This document shows positions 36,001-46,493 of a stretch of 64,000 bases of DNA, piece by piece (the first letter of the stretch is position 1; every line of letters begins with the position of its first letter). The DNA is taken from positions 33,953 to 97,952 of the forward strand of contig CANMWZ010000015.1 of the NCBI GenBank assembly GCA_947501605.1, written 5' to 3'. The position numbers were made by a program, and so were the translations under genes. Under the pieces are notes generated by a model that had not been told where the DNA came from, did no database searches, and saw nothing but the letters and a program-made list of their open reading frames with translations. The stretch is from Planctomycetota bacterium (GTDB taxonomy: Bacteria > Planctomycetota > UBA1135 > UBA2386).

Positions 36001-36502
36001 CGAGGGCAAGGACGGCCTGATCGTCGACGTGCGCAACAATGGCGGTGGCTGGACCGCGGACCGACTCATGGCGTCGCTAGCGGCGCCGCGCCACGCCTAC
36101 ACCGTGCCGCGAGGCCAGGACCCCAGCATCACGACGGGTTACCCGCAAGACCGCTTGTTCATCCAACGATGCATCGTGGCGACCAACATGCTGTGCAACG
36201 AGAAGAGCTTCTCCAACGCCGAGATCACGGCGCACGCCTTCAAGGCGGTGAAGCGCGGCACCCTGGTGGGCCAGCAGACCTACGGCGGCGTGATCTCGAC
36301 CGGGGGCATTGTCCTGCTCGACGGTACGACATGCCGCATGCCGACGCGCGGTTGGTACACCCTCGACGGCGTCGACATGGAGAACCACGGCGCCATGCCG
36401 GATCTCCTCGTCGCGCAGACCCCGCAGGACGAAGCCGCCGACTTTGACGCCCAGCTGAAGGCTGCCGTCGACGACCTGCTGCAGCGCCTGCCGAGGAAAT
36501 GA
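33077..36502 (+). CDS. Tricorn-like S41 family protease (PD40 beta-propellers, PDZ, S41 catalytic domain)
   Basis: PRFPSLSHDG..IAFSWRGDLW, GELNASH, LGYIHIQGM, DVRNNGGG, SFSNAEI, MENHGAMPD. Confidence 0.93.
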   Translation: MSSSPRLLALLPFLFPLFAQAPTTSAGNVDLPRFPSLSHDGTRIAFSWRGDLWTVAASGGQAMRLTSHPADDGKSAWLADDSGLVFESERQGARNVWLIRRDGTGMRQITTLDTSSLSLSAVANSPHGLAVYFDANLEGDLFRSTRPYYVPLTGGEPVRTHGAFGTDAAPDESGQRVLFERGGSSWSRRHYRGPDQRDVWLFDRQQPAAAAFTRLTEWNGNDGHARFLSGDTFVFLSDREFDTVNLYRQTGNGAAERLTSWQGQDLKDLAVSGNGALAAFTVWDRLYTISLRQKSEPTPIAIIATEDFGDGFEQKAMNSLGNEGVLSPDGKVMAVVAYGDVWIKGIDSKLPARRVTETAAREQDVAFSADGETLFFTSDQSGNESIWQATVTAVRDDVKKSFELATKPAGEAVKPAANQVETQNEKPADKQKDDDEPEDEVGAADTTGSEEQKSASKKVDKKDAKEAPNRWLEAVSFAVTELIGGAENDRQPVPSPDGKHLAFRRGRGDLCLFELATKTARVLRSGWDPSIEYIWSPDATAIAFAQDDINFNKDIWIVPVDGSKPPVNVTRHPDNDTRPRFSHDGKVLAFLSERTNEELDAWYVFLDKSLETLSRFEQEQHWKAASEVAKKRKPLAKKAAPKLDDAPAPPAVMPAWDLADAYLRVRRITSAPGNESNLELLPSGDRILISTNEGLQTVRLDGTETKKIAGTLRVMGLSLSGDHAFGIAAGKAATLALAGGDMKTAELDAVILVDKQQRNSQKFLEAARALGEEFYHPTMKGLDWPALTATYHQLARQARTADEFDYVANRFLGELNASHLGIRTPRGEGGPRLPQGRVGLQAVPIEAGFQVARVIEQMPAMRSKTPLQPGDVITAVDYKPVATNATLESHFTGRSNRETVATVVRTLADGRTVTFDTFVEPVAASAAAEIAYENAWRGMAARVEEWSAGRLGYIHIQGMDQPSLDEFERGLYAATEGKDGLIVDVRNNGGGWTADRLMASLAAPRHAYTVPRGQDPSITTGYPQDRLFIQRCIVATNMLCNEKSFSNAEITAHAFKAVKRGTLVGQQTYGGVISTGGIVLLDGTTCRMPTRGWYTLDGVDMENHGAMPDLLVAQTPQDEAADFDAQLKAAVDDLLQRLPRK

Positions 36503-36507
36503 CCAAC

Positions 36508-36552
36508 CCGGCACCGCGGAGGTTTGGCCGAAGGCTGAACGCCGCGTGCCGG
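36508..36552. terminator. GC-rich stem-loop between convergent genes (possible bidirectional terminator)
   Basis: CCGGCAC-CGCGG..GTTTGGCC-GAA-GGCTGAAC.CCGCG-TGCCGG inverted repeat; no clear U tract. Confidence 0.45.
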
Positions 36553-36626
36553 CCAGGGAGCTCTCGAAGTGGTTTCAGAATGGCCTGCGAGCGAGGCCGA
36601 GCAACGCAGTCCGAGGGCCAGGAGTC

Positions 36627-37376
36627 TCAGCGCATGCGCCGGAATGCGTTCACCACGTCGCCGTCGTGATGCACATGCGTCAACGACCGCAGCGTCGGCG
36701 AGCCCGCGAGAAGGTCCTTCAGGTGCACATGCTGATGCATCGGAAACGCCGGCCCGACATCGTGCGCATCGATGATGAGATACATGAGGCCGCCGGGCTT
36801 CAGCGCCCGTGCGAGTCGCTCCACGGTCGCGGCTGGATCCGGCACATGCTCGATGACCGAGTCCGAGAACACGAGGTCCCACTGCCGACCTTCTGGCAAC
36901 ACGAGTTCCGACGACGGTGTGTGCAGGATCTCGATGTCGCGCTGCCCAGTCCGCTCGAAGTACCACCGCGCAAACTTCGCAGCCGGACCGTCGACATCGC
37001 AGTAGGTCACACGCCGACCTTCATCGCGCAACAGCGAGCACGTGAGTCCGAGCCCGCCGCCGAACTCGATCACATCGGGCCCGATGCTGGTCATCCACTG
37101 CCAATGCCCGAAGTGCTGGTAGACCTGTTTGCGCCAGGCCTTGCTGCGACTGCCGTGCAGCAGGTCGAACAGATACTCGTCCGTGTTCTCGTAGTAGACC
37201 TTGGCCTTGTCGCAGAAGGTCGCGCCTTCGCACTCGCTCCAGGTCACCTGGTTGAAGGCGCCAAACTTCGTCGCGCACTGCTCGACGATCTCGACAGGGA
37301 TGCCGGTGTACTCCGAGTAGAGCGCAACTGACGAAGTGTCCGCAGTGATAGCCGGGAGCTCGGTGGCGATGGTCAT
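36627..37376 (-). CDS. Class I SAM-dependent methyltransferase
   Basis: VIEFGGGLG, WDLVFSDSVIEHVPDP, ALKPGG. Confidence 0.9.
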   Translation of the reverse strand: MTIATELPAITADTSSVALYSEYTGIPVEIVEQCATKFGAFNQVTWSECEGATFCDKAKVYYENTDEYLFDLLHGSRSKAWRKQVYQHFGHWQWMTSIGPDVIEFGGGLGLTCSLLRDEGRRVTYCDVDGPAAKFARWYFERTGQRDIEILHTPSSELVLPEGRQWDLVFSDSVIEHVPDPAATVERLARALKPGGLMYLIIDAHDVGPAFPMHQHVHLKDLLAGSPTLRSLTHVHHDGDVVNAFRRMR

Positions 37377-37460
37377 GGTCGATCCTCGCCCGTGCTATCG
37401 GGACTTTGGCCGCGGCAACTGAAAGCCGGGCAGCCAAGAAGGTGCGCCGGCCACGGCGGC

Positions 37461-38240
37461 TCAACGAGACTCACGCCGCTGCGCGAACATCCACTCGAGC
37501 GCGCCGTCCCTGCCGTAGGCCTGCCGCCAACTGTCGTGACCGACGCCGGGCAGTTCGCTGTATTGGACGTCGAGATCGAGCTTCTTGGCCGCGGCGTGCA
37601 TCTGCCGCGAACGCACCACGGGGACTGCCGAGTCGGCGTCGCCATGCCAGATCCACAGCGGCAAGGACGCGAGCTTGCCCATCGACGCCGGGTCGCCGCC
37701 GCCGCACACGGGGACCAGCGCGGCGAAGCGCTCGGGCATGCGCATCGCAAGATCGAAGGCGCCGTAGCCGCCCATCGAGAGTCCCGTCAAGTAGACACGA
37801 TCGGGATCGACGTTCTCGGTCGCGAGCACCCGGTCCATCGCTGCGATCACGGCGCTCATCGCCCGCGTCGGGCGGGCAGGCAAGGGCGACGGATCGATCT
37901 CGCTCCACGGCACGTCGGCCCACTTCTCACCGTCTGGGCACTGCACGGCGAGCAGATAACAGGAGAACCTGGCGCGCATCGCATCCCCGGCCAAGTTGAG
38001 AGGCAGCCACGTCAACTGTTTGCTGTTGTCTTCGCCGCGCTCGCCAGCGCCATGCAGAAAGATGACCAAGGGCTGCGGCTCGCCCACGTTCGCGTTGGGG
38101 CGAAGCAACTGGAACGGATAACGCACACTGTCGATCTCGACAGCGGAGGCTTGAAACACGGTGAGGTCTCGATCGGTTGCGAGTGACGAACAGGCAGCGA
38201 AAAGCACGAGTAACGTCGCAGCAGAGCGCATCACGCGCAT
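37461..38240 (-). CDS. Alpha/beta hydrolase (phospholipase/carboxylesterase, predicted peptidase family), probably exported
   Basis: FLHGAGERG, GLSMGGYG nucleophile motif, WIWHGDAD, VGHDSW. Confidence 0.88.
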   Translation of the reverse strand: MRVMRSAATLLVLFAACSSLATDRDLTVFQASAVEIDSVRYPFQLLRPNANVGEPQPLVIFLHGAGERGEDNSKQLTWLPLNLAGDAMRARFSCYLLAVQCPDGEKWADVPWSEIDPSPLPARPTRAMSAVIAAMDRVLATENVDPDRVYLTGLSMGGYGAFDLAMRMPERFAALVPVCGGGDPASMGKLASLPLWIWHGDADSAVPVVRSRQMHAAAKKLDLDVQYSELPGVGHDSWRQAYGRDGALEWMFAQRRESR

Positions 38241-38466
38241 TGTGCGAGCCGGCGGCGTGAACGCCACCGTCACGACGGTGCATCCGCCTGCGGCGCAGGC
38301 CATGGCTCTCGACGTCGCCGCACTCGCAGGGTCCTCCGAACCGGAGGTCGATCTCGCGGAGCATGGCACGGAAGGAGCTCGCCCTTCCTGAGGCTGCCCG
38401 ACGGCAGAACCGCAGGACACGGACAGCACGCTTCCGCGTGCGCTGCACGTTGCGCATGATCGCCGC

Positions 38467-39567
38467 ATGCTGCGTGGCGACCACCCCACCTCAGTGCGCG
38501 TCCGCGCCATTTGTCTGCTCGCGCTGCTCGGCGCGCTGTCGGCAGCCTTGGTCGCGCTAGGCAATCCTGGCAACATGGGCCTCTGCGGTGCGTGCTTCCT
38601 GCGCGACATCGGCGGTGCGCTGCGGCTCCACGGTGGCCCGGCGATCTTGCGGCCCGAGGTGCCGGGCATTGTGCTCGGCGCCCTTCTGCTGTCGCTGGCG
38701 ACCCGACGCCACGTCGGCCGCAGTGGCAGCTATGCCATGGCGCGCTTCTTTTTGTGCGTCGCCATGGGCATCGGCGCGATGGTGTTTCTCGGCTGTCCGT
38801 TTCGTGTGCTCCAACGACTCGGCGGCGGCGACCTGAACGCGTTGCTGGCGCTGCCCGGACTCTTGCTCGGCGTGTTCCTCGCCACGCGCTCCGAAGGTCG
38901 CGGTTACACGCTCGGCAAGACCAGCGAAGTGCCGCTAGCCGTCGGCTTGCTCGGACCCGCACTGTTCCTCGTGGTGCTGTCGATGTTCGTGTTCGGCACC
39001 GTCCTGGCGGGACCTGAGCACGGTGCCGCAACAGGCCCAGCGCATGCACCTTGGCAACTCGCGCTCGGCGGCGGGCTCGGCGCGGGTGCCGTGCTCTCGG
39101 CCACGGGCTTCTGCGCGATCAGTGCCTGTCGACAGGTGTTGGCGCGCCGCGGCCCCATGCGGTTCGCAGCACTGGCGTTCGTGCTCGCCTACGCGGCGAC
39201 CAGCGCCGCGACGGGCAATCTCCGCGTCGGCTTCGACGGCCAGCCGATCGCACACGGCCACTGGCTGTGGAACAACCTTGCACTCGTTCTGGTCGGCCTG
39301 TGCGGGACATTCGCCGGCGGCTGCCCAGTGCGGCAACTGGTGATGACCGGAGAAGGCAACGGCGACGCAATGGTCGGCGTCGTGGGTCTGGTCCTCGGCG
39401 GATCGCTCGCCCATGGTCTGAAACTCGCTGCCACACCTGCGACCGCGGACGATCTCGGCGGGCCTTCAGCTGGCGGCAAAATCGCAGTCGTCGTGCTGCT
39501 GGTGGCAGTCACGCTGTACGGCATTGCCATGCAACCGCGTGCGGGCCGCGACCCAGCGAGCCGCTGA
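38467..39567 (+). CDS. yedE: YedE-family putative selenium/sulfur transporter
   Basis: GNPGNMGLCGACFLRDIGGAL, RPEVPG, FLGCPFR..RLGGGD, GGCPVRQL..GEGNGDA. Confidence 0.85.
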   Translation: MLRGDHPTSVRVRAICLLALLGALSAALVALGNPGNMGLCGACFLRDIGGALRLHGGPAILRPEVPGIVLGALLLSLATRRHVGRSGSYAMARFFLCVAMGIGAMVFLGCPFRVLQRLGGGDLNALLALPGLLLGVFLATRSEGRGYTLGKTSEVPLAVGLLGPALFLVVLSMFVFGTVLAGPEHGAATGPAHAPWQLALGGGLGAGAVLSATGFCAISACRQVLARRGPMRFAALAFVLAYAATSAATGNLRVGFDGQPIAHGHWLWNNLALVLVGLCGTFAGGCPVRQLVMTGEGNGDAMVGVVGLVLGGSLAHGLKLAATPATADDLGGPSAGGKIAVVVLLVAVTLYGIAMQPRAGRDPASR

Positions 39568-39600
39568 CCGCGGGCCCCGGCCGGCACTTTCCGCACCTGC

Positions 39601-39912
39601 TCAGGGCTTCTGCCCTTCCCGAATCCAGTCCTTGAGGTGCCGATCGAGGAAGAACGGCACGATCGGCAGCAGCGACGCCACGAACACGACCAGCAGGCGC
39701 CGCCGCGACCAGTGCCGCCGGACGAGCGTAGCCAGCAGCAGCAAGACCATCAGCAGGAAGAGCACGCCATGTGCCATCCCAGTGACCCGCACCAGCATGG
39801 TTCCGATCGGCCACTTGCCGCCGTACTTGACGACCATCGCCGAGAGCAGCAGCACGTAGCTGACGGCTTCGACCAGGGCCACGCGGCGAAGCCAAACCAG
39901 AAGGTGGGTCAT
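39601..39912 (-). CDS. DUF3817-like small membrane protein
   Basis: EAVSY, GMAHGVLF, ASLLPIVPF. Confidence 0.8.
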   Translation of the reverse strand: MTHLLVWLRRVALVEAVSYVLLLSAMVVKYGGKWPIGTMLVRVTGMAHGVLFLLMVLLLLATLVRRHWSRRRLLVVFVASLLPIVPFFLDRHLKDWIREGQKP

Positions 39913-40081
39913 GGGGCGAGCACGGTGCCGGACCTGATGGGCAGCCGCAAGTACGACATCGTCGCAGAGGCTACCCACCACCTTCGCACGGCGGTTGGCG
40001 GCGAACCGCACCAAGATTCCCTGACACACGGACGGTCGCGACGATCAGAATGCGCCCCCCCCTGAACCCGAGGACCTCTTC

Positions 40082-41674
40082 GTGCAACGACCCCTTCTCG
40101 CTGCCTGTTTCCTGACGATCCCGCTCCTTGCTCAGAGCAATGCCGTTCCTGGTCTCGATGTCAGCACCTACGAACTGGGTGACGCCACGGTGTTTGGCCG
40201 TCGTGGCTCCGCGTTTCCCAATGGCGAAGTCGGCATCAACCTTGGTCACTCGATGTGCAACTCAGGCACCGTGATCATCCCGTGGGTCGGCTCCTCCGCG
40301 ACACAGATGTTGTCCACCTACCCGCGCATCGCGTCGCTCCTCGCTCGCGAGAGCGATGGCCGCATGGTGCAAGTGTCCGGCAAGTCGTTCTGCAAGCACT
40401 CGGCCACCGCCTTCAACTTCACCGGCGGCCCCTGCGGCACCTGCCAAGCAGGACCATCGCAGACCTGGCGCATCCAGTGCTCGGACGTCTACAGCAGCGG
40501 TTTCAGCAGTACCGGATCGCTCGGTCCGACCACGGAGATCGATCCATGGCTCGGAACTTGGAACCCAATCGGCAGCTACTTTGACCGCGGCCTCCCTGAA
40601 GTCGCACCACCCGCCAACAGCGACGGCATCCGCTCGCCGATCACCTGGAGCGACCCGATCCAGGGCCGCATGCTCGTGCCCGATACCGAACTCGACGTTC
40701 CGGGTGCCAGCTTCTGGGGGCAAGTCTGGGTCAGCGTCATCGGCGAACCCGGCGACAACCGCGGCAACAACGCGACCACGCGGCGCGCGACCTTCACGCG
40801 CACGGCGACGAACTTCACCGGCGCAGTCACCGGCACAGCAGTAGTCGCACCCGTGTTGACTCGCTGGACCGGCGCCACGACGACCCTTGGCCGCAACGGC
40901 CTCGATGACGGTCACTTCATGGTTGGCGTCAAGGTGACGGGACCCGTCGACGGCTTCTGGCACTACGAGTACGCCATCCACAACATCGACAATGCGCGGG
41001 GCGGGGCCGCCTTTCGCATCCCGGTTTGCAGCAGCGCGCAGGTGCGCAACGTCGGCTTCCGCGACATCGACCGCGATGCGCTGAACCAGTGGCAGTACAC
41101 GCGGACCGGCAACGAACTGGCGTGGCAGGCTCCGGCGAACAACCCGCACGACTGGAACACGATCTACAACGTCTGGTTCGACTGTGATGCCGCACCGATC
41201 GCTGGCACGTTCGCAGTGGACCAGGCGCGCATCGGCCCGGGCGCACTCAGCGTCGCGGTCGCTAGCTCGATCCCCGGCCAACTCTGGCACGAGAACCTCG
41301 GCGCCGGATGCGGCACCCCGACCGCGACCTTTCGCACCGTTGGCGTGCCGAGCGTGCCGAGCCCGAGTTACGCGCTGGGCGTGACCGGTGCGCCATCGTC
41401 GCTGGCGCTGATCGTGTTGACGTTCGCCGGCAGCAACACGCCTCTAGGTGGCGGTTGCACGCAGTGGATCGACACCAACCAGCTATTGGGCACCGAACTG
41501 ACGGCCACCAACGCCGGCGGAGTGGCGACGTGGAACCTGCCGATTCCTGCGGGTCTCGCGCCTTTCGACCTGTTCGGCCAAGCGGCGGTGTTGTTGCCGG
41601 GCGGCCCCGCCTTTGGCGCCGCGGTGCTGAGTAACGCCCTGCGTCTGCGCATTGGCGGCATCGGCTGCCCGTGA
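40082..41674 (+). CDS. Secreted hypothetical protein with Gly/Cys-rich C-terminal domain
   Basis: Signal peptide; WHYEYAIHN, WNTIYNVWFD; C-terminal LGAGCG...SNALRLRIG module. Confidence 0.75.
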   Translation: MQRPLLAACFLTIPLLAQSNAVPGLDVSTYELGDATVFGRRGSAFPNGEVGINLGHSMCNSGTVIIPWVGSSATQMLSTYPRIASLLARESDGRMVQVSGKSFCKHSATAFNFTGGPCGTCQAGPSQTWRIQCSDVYSSGFSSTGSLGPTTEIDPWLGTWNPIGSYFDRGLPEVAPPANSDGIRSPITWSDPIQGRMLVPDTELDVPGASFWGQVWVSVIGEPGDNRGNNATTRRATFTRTATNFTGAVTGTAVVAPVLTRWTGATTTLGRNGLDDGHFMVGVKVTGPVDGFWHYEYAIHNIDNARGGAAFRIPVCSSAQVRNVGFRDIDRDALNQWQYTRTGNELAWQAPANNPHDWNTIYNVWFDCDAAPIAGTFAVDQARIGPGALSVAVASSIPGQLWHENLGAGCGTPTATFRTVGVPSVPSPSYALGVTGAPSSLALIVLTFAGSNTPLGGGCTQWIDTNQLLGTELTATNAGGVATWNLPIPAGLAPFDLFGQAAVLLPGGPAFGAAVLSNALRLRIGGIGCP

Positions 41675-41725
41675 GGACAAACGGCAGGGCGCGCCACGGC
41701 AATACCGCAGCGCGCGCCTGACATC

Positions 41726-44356
41726 TCAACTGCGCGCCGGCTCGCTCTGGCGCGCGTCGATCTTGATCGCGCCGCCCTCGAGCGAGATCGCGATCGTGCT
41801 GCCGTCCGGGATCTCACCGGAGATCAGCTTGCGGCCAATGCGCGTCTCTAGCTCCTTCTGCAAGTAGCGCTTCAGCGGCCGCGCGCCATAGACCGGGTCG
41901 TAACCCTGATTGCCGAGGTAGGTCTTGGCCTCCTCGGTCACTTCGATCGCGATGCGCCGGCCCGTGAGCCGCTTGCGCAAGCCAGTCAGGAGCAAATCGA
42001 CGATGCGGCGGATCTCGTTCGACTGCAGCGGCTTGAACAGGACGACGTCGTCGATGCGGTTCAGGAGCTCTGGCCGGAAGTGGCGCCGCAGCTCGGCCAT
42101 CACCTGATCGCGCGCGGCATCGCGGATCTGGCCGTCCTTGGTGATGCCCTCGAGCAGGATCGGCGCGCCGATGTTCGAGGTCATGATGATGACGGTGTTC
42201 TTGAAGTCGACCGTCCGCCCCTGGCTGTCGGTAGCGCGACCGTCGTCGAGGATCTGCAGCAACACCGAGAAGACGTCCGGGTGCGCCTTCTCGATCTCGT
42301 CGAACAGCACGACCGAGTAGGGCTTGCGGCGCACGGCCTCCGTCAACTGCCCGCCCTCCTCGTAGCCGACGTAGCCGGGCGGCGCGCCCAGAAGACGACT
42401 GACTGCGTGCTTCTCCATGTACTCCGACATGTCGATGCGCACGAGGTTGTCCTCGCTGTCAAACAGCGCCTGCGCCAGCGTCTTCGCAAGCTCGGTCTTG
42501 CCGACACCGGTCGGCCCCAGGAACAAGAAGCTGCCGATCGGTCGATTCGGGTCCTTGATGCCTGATCGTGCGCGGATGACCGCGTCGGCAACCAGTTGCA
42601 CAGCCTCGTCCTGACCAATCACGCGTTCGTGCAAGATCTGATCGAGCTTGAGCAACTTCTCGCGCTCGCCCTCGACCAGGCGGCTCACCGGAATGCCGGT
42701 CCAGCGCGCCACAATCTGCGCGATCTCCTCGGCCGTGACTTCTTCGCGCAGCAGGCGTTCGCCACCCTTGCCGGTGCCCGACTGCATTTTTGCTTCCTCG
42801 GCAGCAAGCGCCTTCTCGACTTCTGGGATGGCGCCGTACTTCAACTCGGCAGCCCTGTTCATGTCGTAGCGACGCTCGGCCTGGTCCTGTTCACGCCGCA
42901 GCACTTCGATCTTCTCTCGCAGCGCACGAACGCCGCCGATTGCCTTCTTCTCGGCTTCGTACTGCGCGCGCATCGAATCAGCTTTCCCGCGCAGCTCCTC
43001 CATCTCCTTCTTGAGCTCGTGCAACCGCGACCTGCTCGCGACGTCTTTCTCCCTGGCAAGGGCCGTTTCCTCGATCTGCAACTGCATGACGCGGCGACTG
43101 ACCGTGTCGAGTTCGGTCGGCAACGAGTCGATTTCAGTCCGGATCATCGCGCAAGCCTCGTCGACGAGGTCGATGGCTTTGTCCGGCAGAAAGCGCTCGG
43201 TGATGTAGCGGTGTGACAACGCCGCTGCGTCGACGAGCGCGGCATCGTGGATCTTGACGCCGTGATGCACTTCGAAGCGCTCCTTGAGACCTCGCAAGAT
43301 GGAAATCGTGTCTTCGACGCTCGGCTGCTCGACCAACACTGGCTGAAAACGCCGCTCGAGGGCAGGGTCCTTCTCGATGTACTTGCGGTACTCGTCGAGC
43401 GTTGTGGCCCCGATGCAGTGCAATTCACCGCGCGCGAGCATCGGCTTCAGCATGTTCCCGGCGTCCATCGCGCCTTCGGCCTTGCCGGCGCCGACGATCG
43501 TGTGCAGTTCGTCGATGAACAGCAGGATCTTGCCTTCGCTGCTCTTGATCTCGGCAAGCACGGCCTTGAGGCGCTCCTCGAACTCGCCGCGGTACTTGGC
43601 GCCGGCGACGAGACTACCCATGTCGAGCGCGAACACCGTCTTGTCCTTGAGGCCTTCGGGCACGTCGCCGCGCACGATGCGTTGTGCAAGACCTTCTGCG
43701 ATCGCAGTCTTGCCGACACCCGGCTCGCCGATCAAGACAGGGTTGTTCTTGGTCTTCCGCGACAGAATCCGGATCACTCGACGGATTTCTTCGTCGCGGC
43801 CGATCACGGGGTCGAGCTTGTTCTCGCGACACATCTGCACGAGGTCGCGTCCGTACTTACCGAGCGCCTCATAGGTCGCCTCAGGAGTTGCGCTCTGGAC
43901 TCGCTGGTTGCCGCGCACTTCCTTGAGCGCGTTGAGAAACGCTGCCTCATCGACACGCAGCTTCTTGAGCAAGTCGCGCAGACTGCCCTTGCTCCCCTGT
44001 AGCAGGGCGAAGAACAAGTGCTCGACCGACACGTACTCGTCCTTCATCGTCGCGGCCTGCTGCTCGGCAACCGTCAGCGCCTGTGCCAAGTCCTGGTCGA
44101 GGAAGATCTTGTCTGGCTGATAACCAGGCCCCGACAGCCGTGGCCGCTTGCGCAACTCTTGTTCGATGCCGGCAAGGAGCTGATCGGTCGGCACGTTCAT
44201 GCGCTGCAGGAGGCGCGGTACGAGACCGTCGGATTGCTCCAGCAGTGCAAACAACAAGTGCTCGCAACCAGTTTGTTGGTGACCAAAGGTGACTGCTTTG
44301 GCTTGGGCCTGCTGCAGGGCTTCCTGCGACTTCTGCGTGAGCTTCTGCATGTCCAT
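41726..44356 (-). CDS. clpB: ATP-dependent chaperone ClpB
   Basis: AGGAGG SD; two AAA+ modules ([16 protein letters not shown]), coiled-coil M domain, [10 protein letters not shown]. Confidence 0.97.
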   Translation of the reverse strand: MDMQKLTQKSQEALQQAQAKAVTFGHQQTGCEHLLFALLEQSDGLVPRLLQRMNVPTDQLLAGIEQELRKRPRLSGPGYQPDKIFLDQDLAQALTVAEQQAATMKDEYVSVEHLFFALLQGSKGSLRDLLKKLRVDEAAFLNALKEVRGNQRVQSATPEATYEALGKYGRDLVQMCRENKLDPVIGRDEEIRRVIRILSRKTKNNPVLIGEPGVGKTAIAEGLAQRIVRGDVPEGLKDKTVFALDMGSLVAGAKYRGEFEERLKAVLAEIKSSEGKILLFIDELHTIVGAGKAEGAMDAGNMLKPMLARGELHCIGATTLDEYRKYIEKDPALERRFQPVLVEQPSVEDTISILRGLKERFEVHHGVKIHDAALVDAAALSHRYITERFLPDKAIDLVDEACAMIRTEIDSLPTELDTVSRRVMQLQIEETALAREKDVASRSRLHELKKEMEELRGKADSMRAQYEAEKKAIGGVRALREKIEVLRREQDQAERRYDMNRAAELKYGAIPEVEKALAAEEAKMQSGTGKGGERLLREEVTAEEIAQIVARWTGIPVSRLVEGEREKLLKLDQILHERVIGQDEAVQLVADAVIRARSGIKDPNRPIGSFLFLGPTGVGKTELAKTLAQALFDSEDNLVRIDMSEYMEKHAVSRLLGAPPGYVGYEEGGQLTEAVRRKPYSVVLFDEIEKAHPDVFSVLLQILDDGRATDSQGRTVDFKNTVIIMTSNIGAPILLEGITKDGQIRDAARDQVMAELRRHFRPELLNRIDDVVLFKPLQSNEIRRIVDLLLTGLRKRLTGRRIAIEVTEEAKTYLGNQGYDPVYGARPLKRYLQKELETRIGRKLISGEIPDGSTIAISLEGGAIKIDARQSEPARS

Positions 44357-44992
44357 CACATACCTCCTGTGGAAAGCACGTCGCCTACCGACGCCGACGA
44401 GCCTTGCCATGTGCACCATTCGTGCCGTACTGTCTTGGACGTGCCAAGTGACGATCACAACGGAACTAAGGACGCAAGCTGGCCATTGATCGCGACCAGA
44501 CATTCCGCCAAATTGGCACCAACATCCGAACTGCTGTCAGACTGCCAGACACTCGGGAGCGGCGGTAGGCGGCCCTGATGCAGGGGCAACCTGCCCGCCT
44601 GCCAGCGCCGTCGCCTGCGGATGCTAGCCGCCGCCCGCCCGGATCGGGCCGCCCCCAACAACAACAACTGTCGACAGGAGGCCATCCTCTGTTCCGCCTT
44701 GTCCCACCGCGATGGCCGGCCAGGAGCCGGTGCGCCAGGGCCAACTGACCGACGGTGGCGCCTAGGGAGCGAACGCGCCCCGGGTTCGCTTGCGCAATCT
44801 CGTTGCCGAGGTTGAGGACACGTCCTGGCCTCGCGACGCGCTGCCGCTGGACCGAGGGCGTCGAGTGGACCACGATGGCCCACGCGCAACGCGCACGCTA
44901 CTGCCCGTGACCTCGACAGGATCGGGAGCACCGCGGATGCCACAGCACCGACGTTGACCCGACACCTGGTGGGGCCCAACATCGGCGCTGCG

Positions 44993-45427
44993 ATGCGTCG
45001 GCACACGTTCGTCCAGCTGACAGTGGGAACCGCCACCGGCGTGATCTGCCTCGCGATCGACAACTACTGGTTTGGACCGTGGCACCAACCAATGCGCGAT
45101 TGGGGGCTGCACTGGCTCACCCTGGTCTGCGCCTCGATGTTCACGATGCTATTGCTGCAAGGCACCTCTGCTGGGCTGCAGCAGTCGTACCGCAAGCTGG
45201 TCACCATCGCCTGCCTCGTGCCGGTGTGTATCTCATCCGGCCACGAGATCATGCAGTTCTTGTTCCCGAGCGGCGAACTCGACCAGTTCGACTGCGCGCG
45301 CGACTTCGCGCTGAACGTGGCCGGCGGCGCCATCGCCTGGTGGCTCTTGCGTCGCTACGAACCCCCTCCCGAACCGACGGCACCGCGGCGCCCTTCTCGC
45401 ACGCGCGCGCACCGCGACGAACCGTAA
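44993..45427 (+). CDS. Small membrane protein (VanZ-like)
   Basis: Four hydrophobic segments; HEIMQ...RDFALNVAG. Confidence 0.6.
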   Translation: MRRHTFVQLTVGTATGVICLAIDNYWFGPWHQPMRDWGLHWLTLVCASMFTMLLLQGTSAGLQQSYRKLVTIACLVPVCISSGHEIMQFLFPSGELDQFDCARDFALNVAGGAIAWWLLRRYEPPPEPTAPRRPSRTRAHRDEP

Positions 45428-45428
45428 C

Positions 45429-46493
45429 TCAAAAACCTGCCCCCTTGGTTCGGGTCTGAATGCGCAGCAGGTGCATGTCAGCCGTCACATAGAGCGTGCT
45501 ACCGTCGTCGCCCCACGCGCAGTTGGCGGTCGCTTCGCCCGTGCGCAACCTGCCGAGCAGAGTTCCATCCTTCTCGATGACGAGCACGCCGCCTGGGCCA
45601 GTGGCGAAGAGAGTACCGTCGCGAGCGATCTTCAGGCCGTCGGTCGAGCCCTTGTTGCCCGAACCCCGCAGCGGCATCGCGTCGAAAAAGACACGCTCGC
45701 CCGAGGTCGTGCCGTCGGGGGCGACATCGAACGCGACAATGCGCATCGCATTCGGATCGGAGATCGCCACATAGAGGATGCGTTCGTCGGGCGAGAGGGC
45801 AATGCCGTTTGGAAAGGTAAGGTGGCTCGCGAGCAACACCACCTCGGCAACACCGGCAAGGTCGACACGCAGCAGGTAGACCCCGCAGAAGGGCAACTCA
45901 CACAGCGGATCGGTCAGCTTCCCGGGCAAGCCATAGGGCGGGTCCGTGAAGTAGATGGAGCCGTCTCGACGAACGACCAGGTCATTGGGACTGTGGAAGC
46001 GCTTGCCGTCGAATCGATCCGCCAGCGTCACATGACGGCCATCGGGCTCGATGCGACCGACGCGCCGATCGCCGTGTTCGCACAGCACGAGCCGACCTTC
46101 ACGATCGATCTGAAGCCCGTTCGAGCCCGGCTCCTCGCTGTATTCGGTCGCAGCCCGGAAGCCACTGGGTCGCATGTGCACAGACAGGCCGCCGCGCTCT
46201 GACCAGCAGAAGACCATGTTGCGTGGCACATCCGAGAACCAAATGGAGCTTGAGCGACGGTCCCAAACGGGGCCCTCGGACCAGCGGAATCCGGTAGCCA
46301 ACTTCTCGAACCGAGCGGACGGATCGATGTGGTCGGCGAGCCTTGGCTCGAACATCTCCACACTGCCGACCAACTCACCAGTCACTGCCGCAACTCCATC
46401 GATGGCCGGGGACATCGGTTTGGATTCAGGGCACCTGCAGCCGACCGCTATCAGCGCCATCCCTGCCAGGGCGCCGTCACGCATGTAACTCAC
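45429..46493 (-). CDS. SMP-30/gluconolactonase family protein
   Basis: WSEGPVW, GSNGL, SPNDL, FTDPPYG, PNGIALSPD, DGLK. Confidence 0.92.
   Translation of the reverse strand: MSYMRDGALAGMALIAVGCRCPESKPMSPAIDGVAAVTGELVGSVEMFEPRLADHIDPSARFEKLATGFRWSEGPVWDRRSSSIWFSDVPRNMVFCWSERGGLSVHMRPSGFRAATEYSEEPGSNGLQIDREGRLVLCEHGDRRVGRIEPDGRHVTLADRFDGKRFHSPNDLVVRRDGSIYFTDPPYGLPGKLTDPLCELPFCGVYLLRVDLAGVAEVVLLASHLTFPNGIALSPDERILYVAISDPNAMRIVAFDVAPDGTTSGERVFFDAMPLRGSGNKGSTDGLKIARDGTLFATGPGGVLVIEKDGTLLGRLRTGEATANCAWGDDGSTLYVTADMHLLRIQTRTKGAGF

Noticed and set aside
38240..39567. Selenoprotein (UGA readthrough) near yedE
   Set aside because: No in-frame UGA at a conserved Cys position was seen
44357..44560. CIRCE or sigma-54 site upstream of clpB
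   Set aside because: TTGGCAC/GTGCCAA half-sites and GCCAAATTGGC are present, but spacing and orientation do not match CIRCE (N9) or -24/-12
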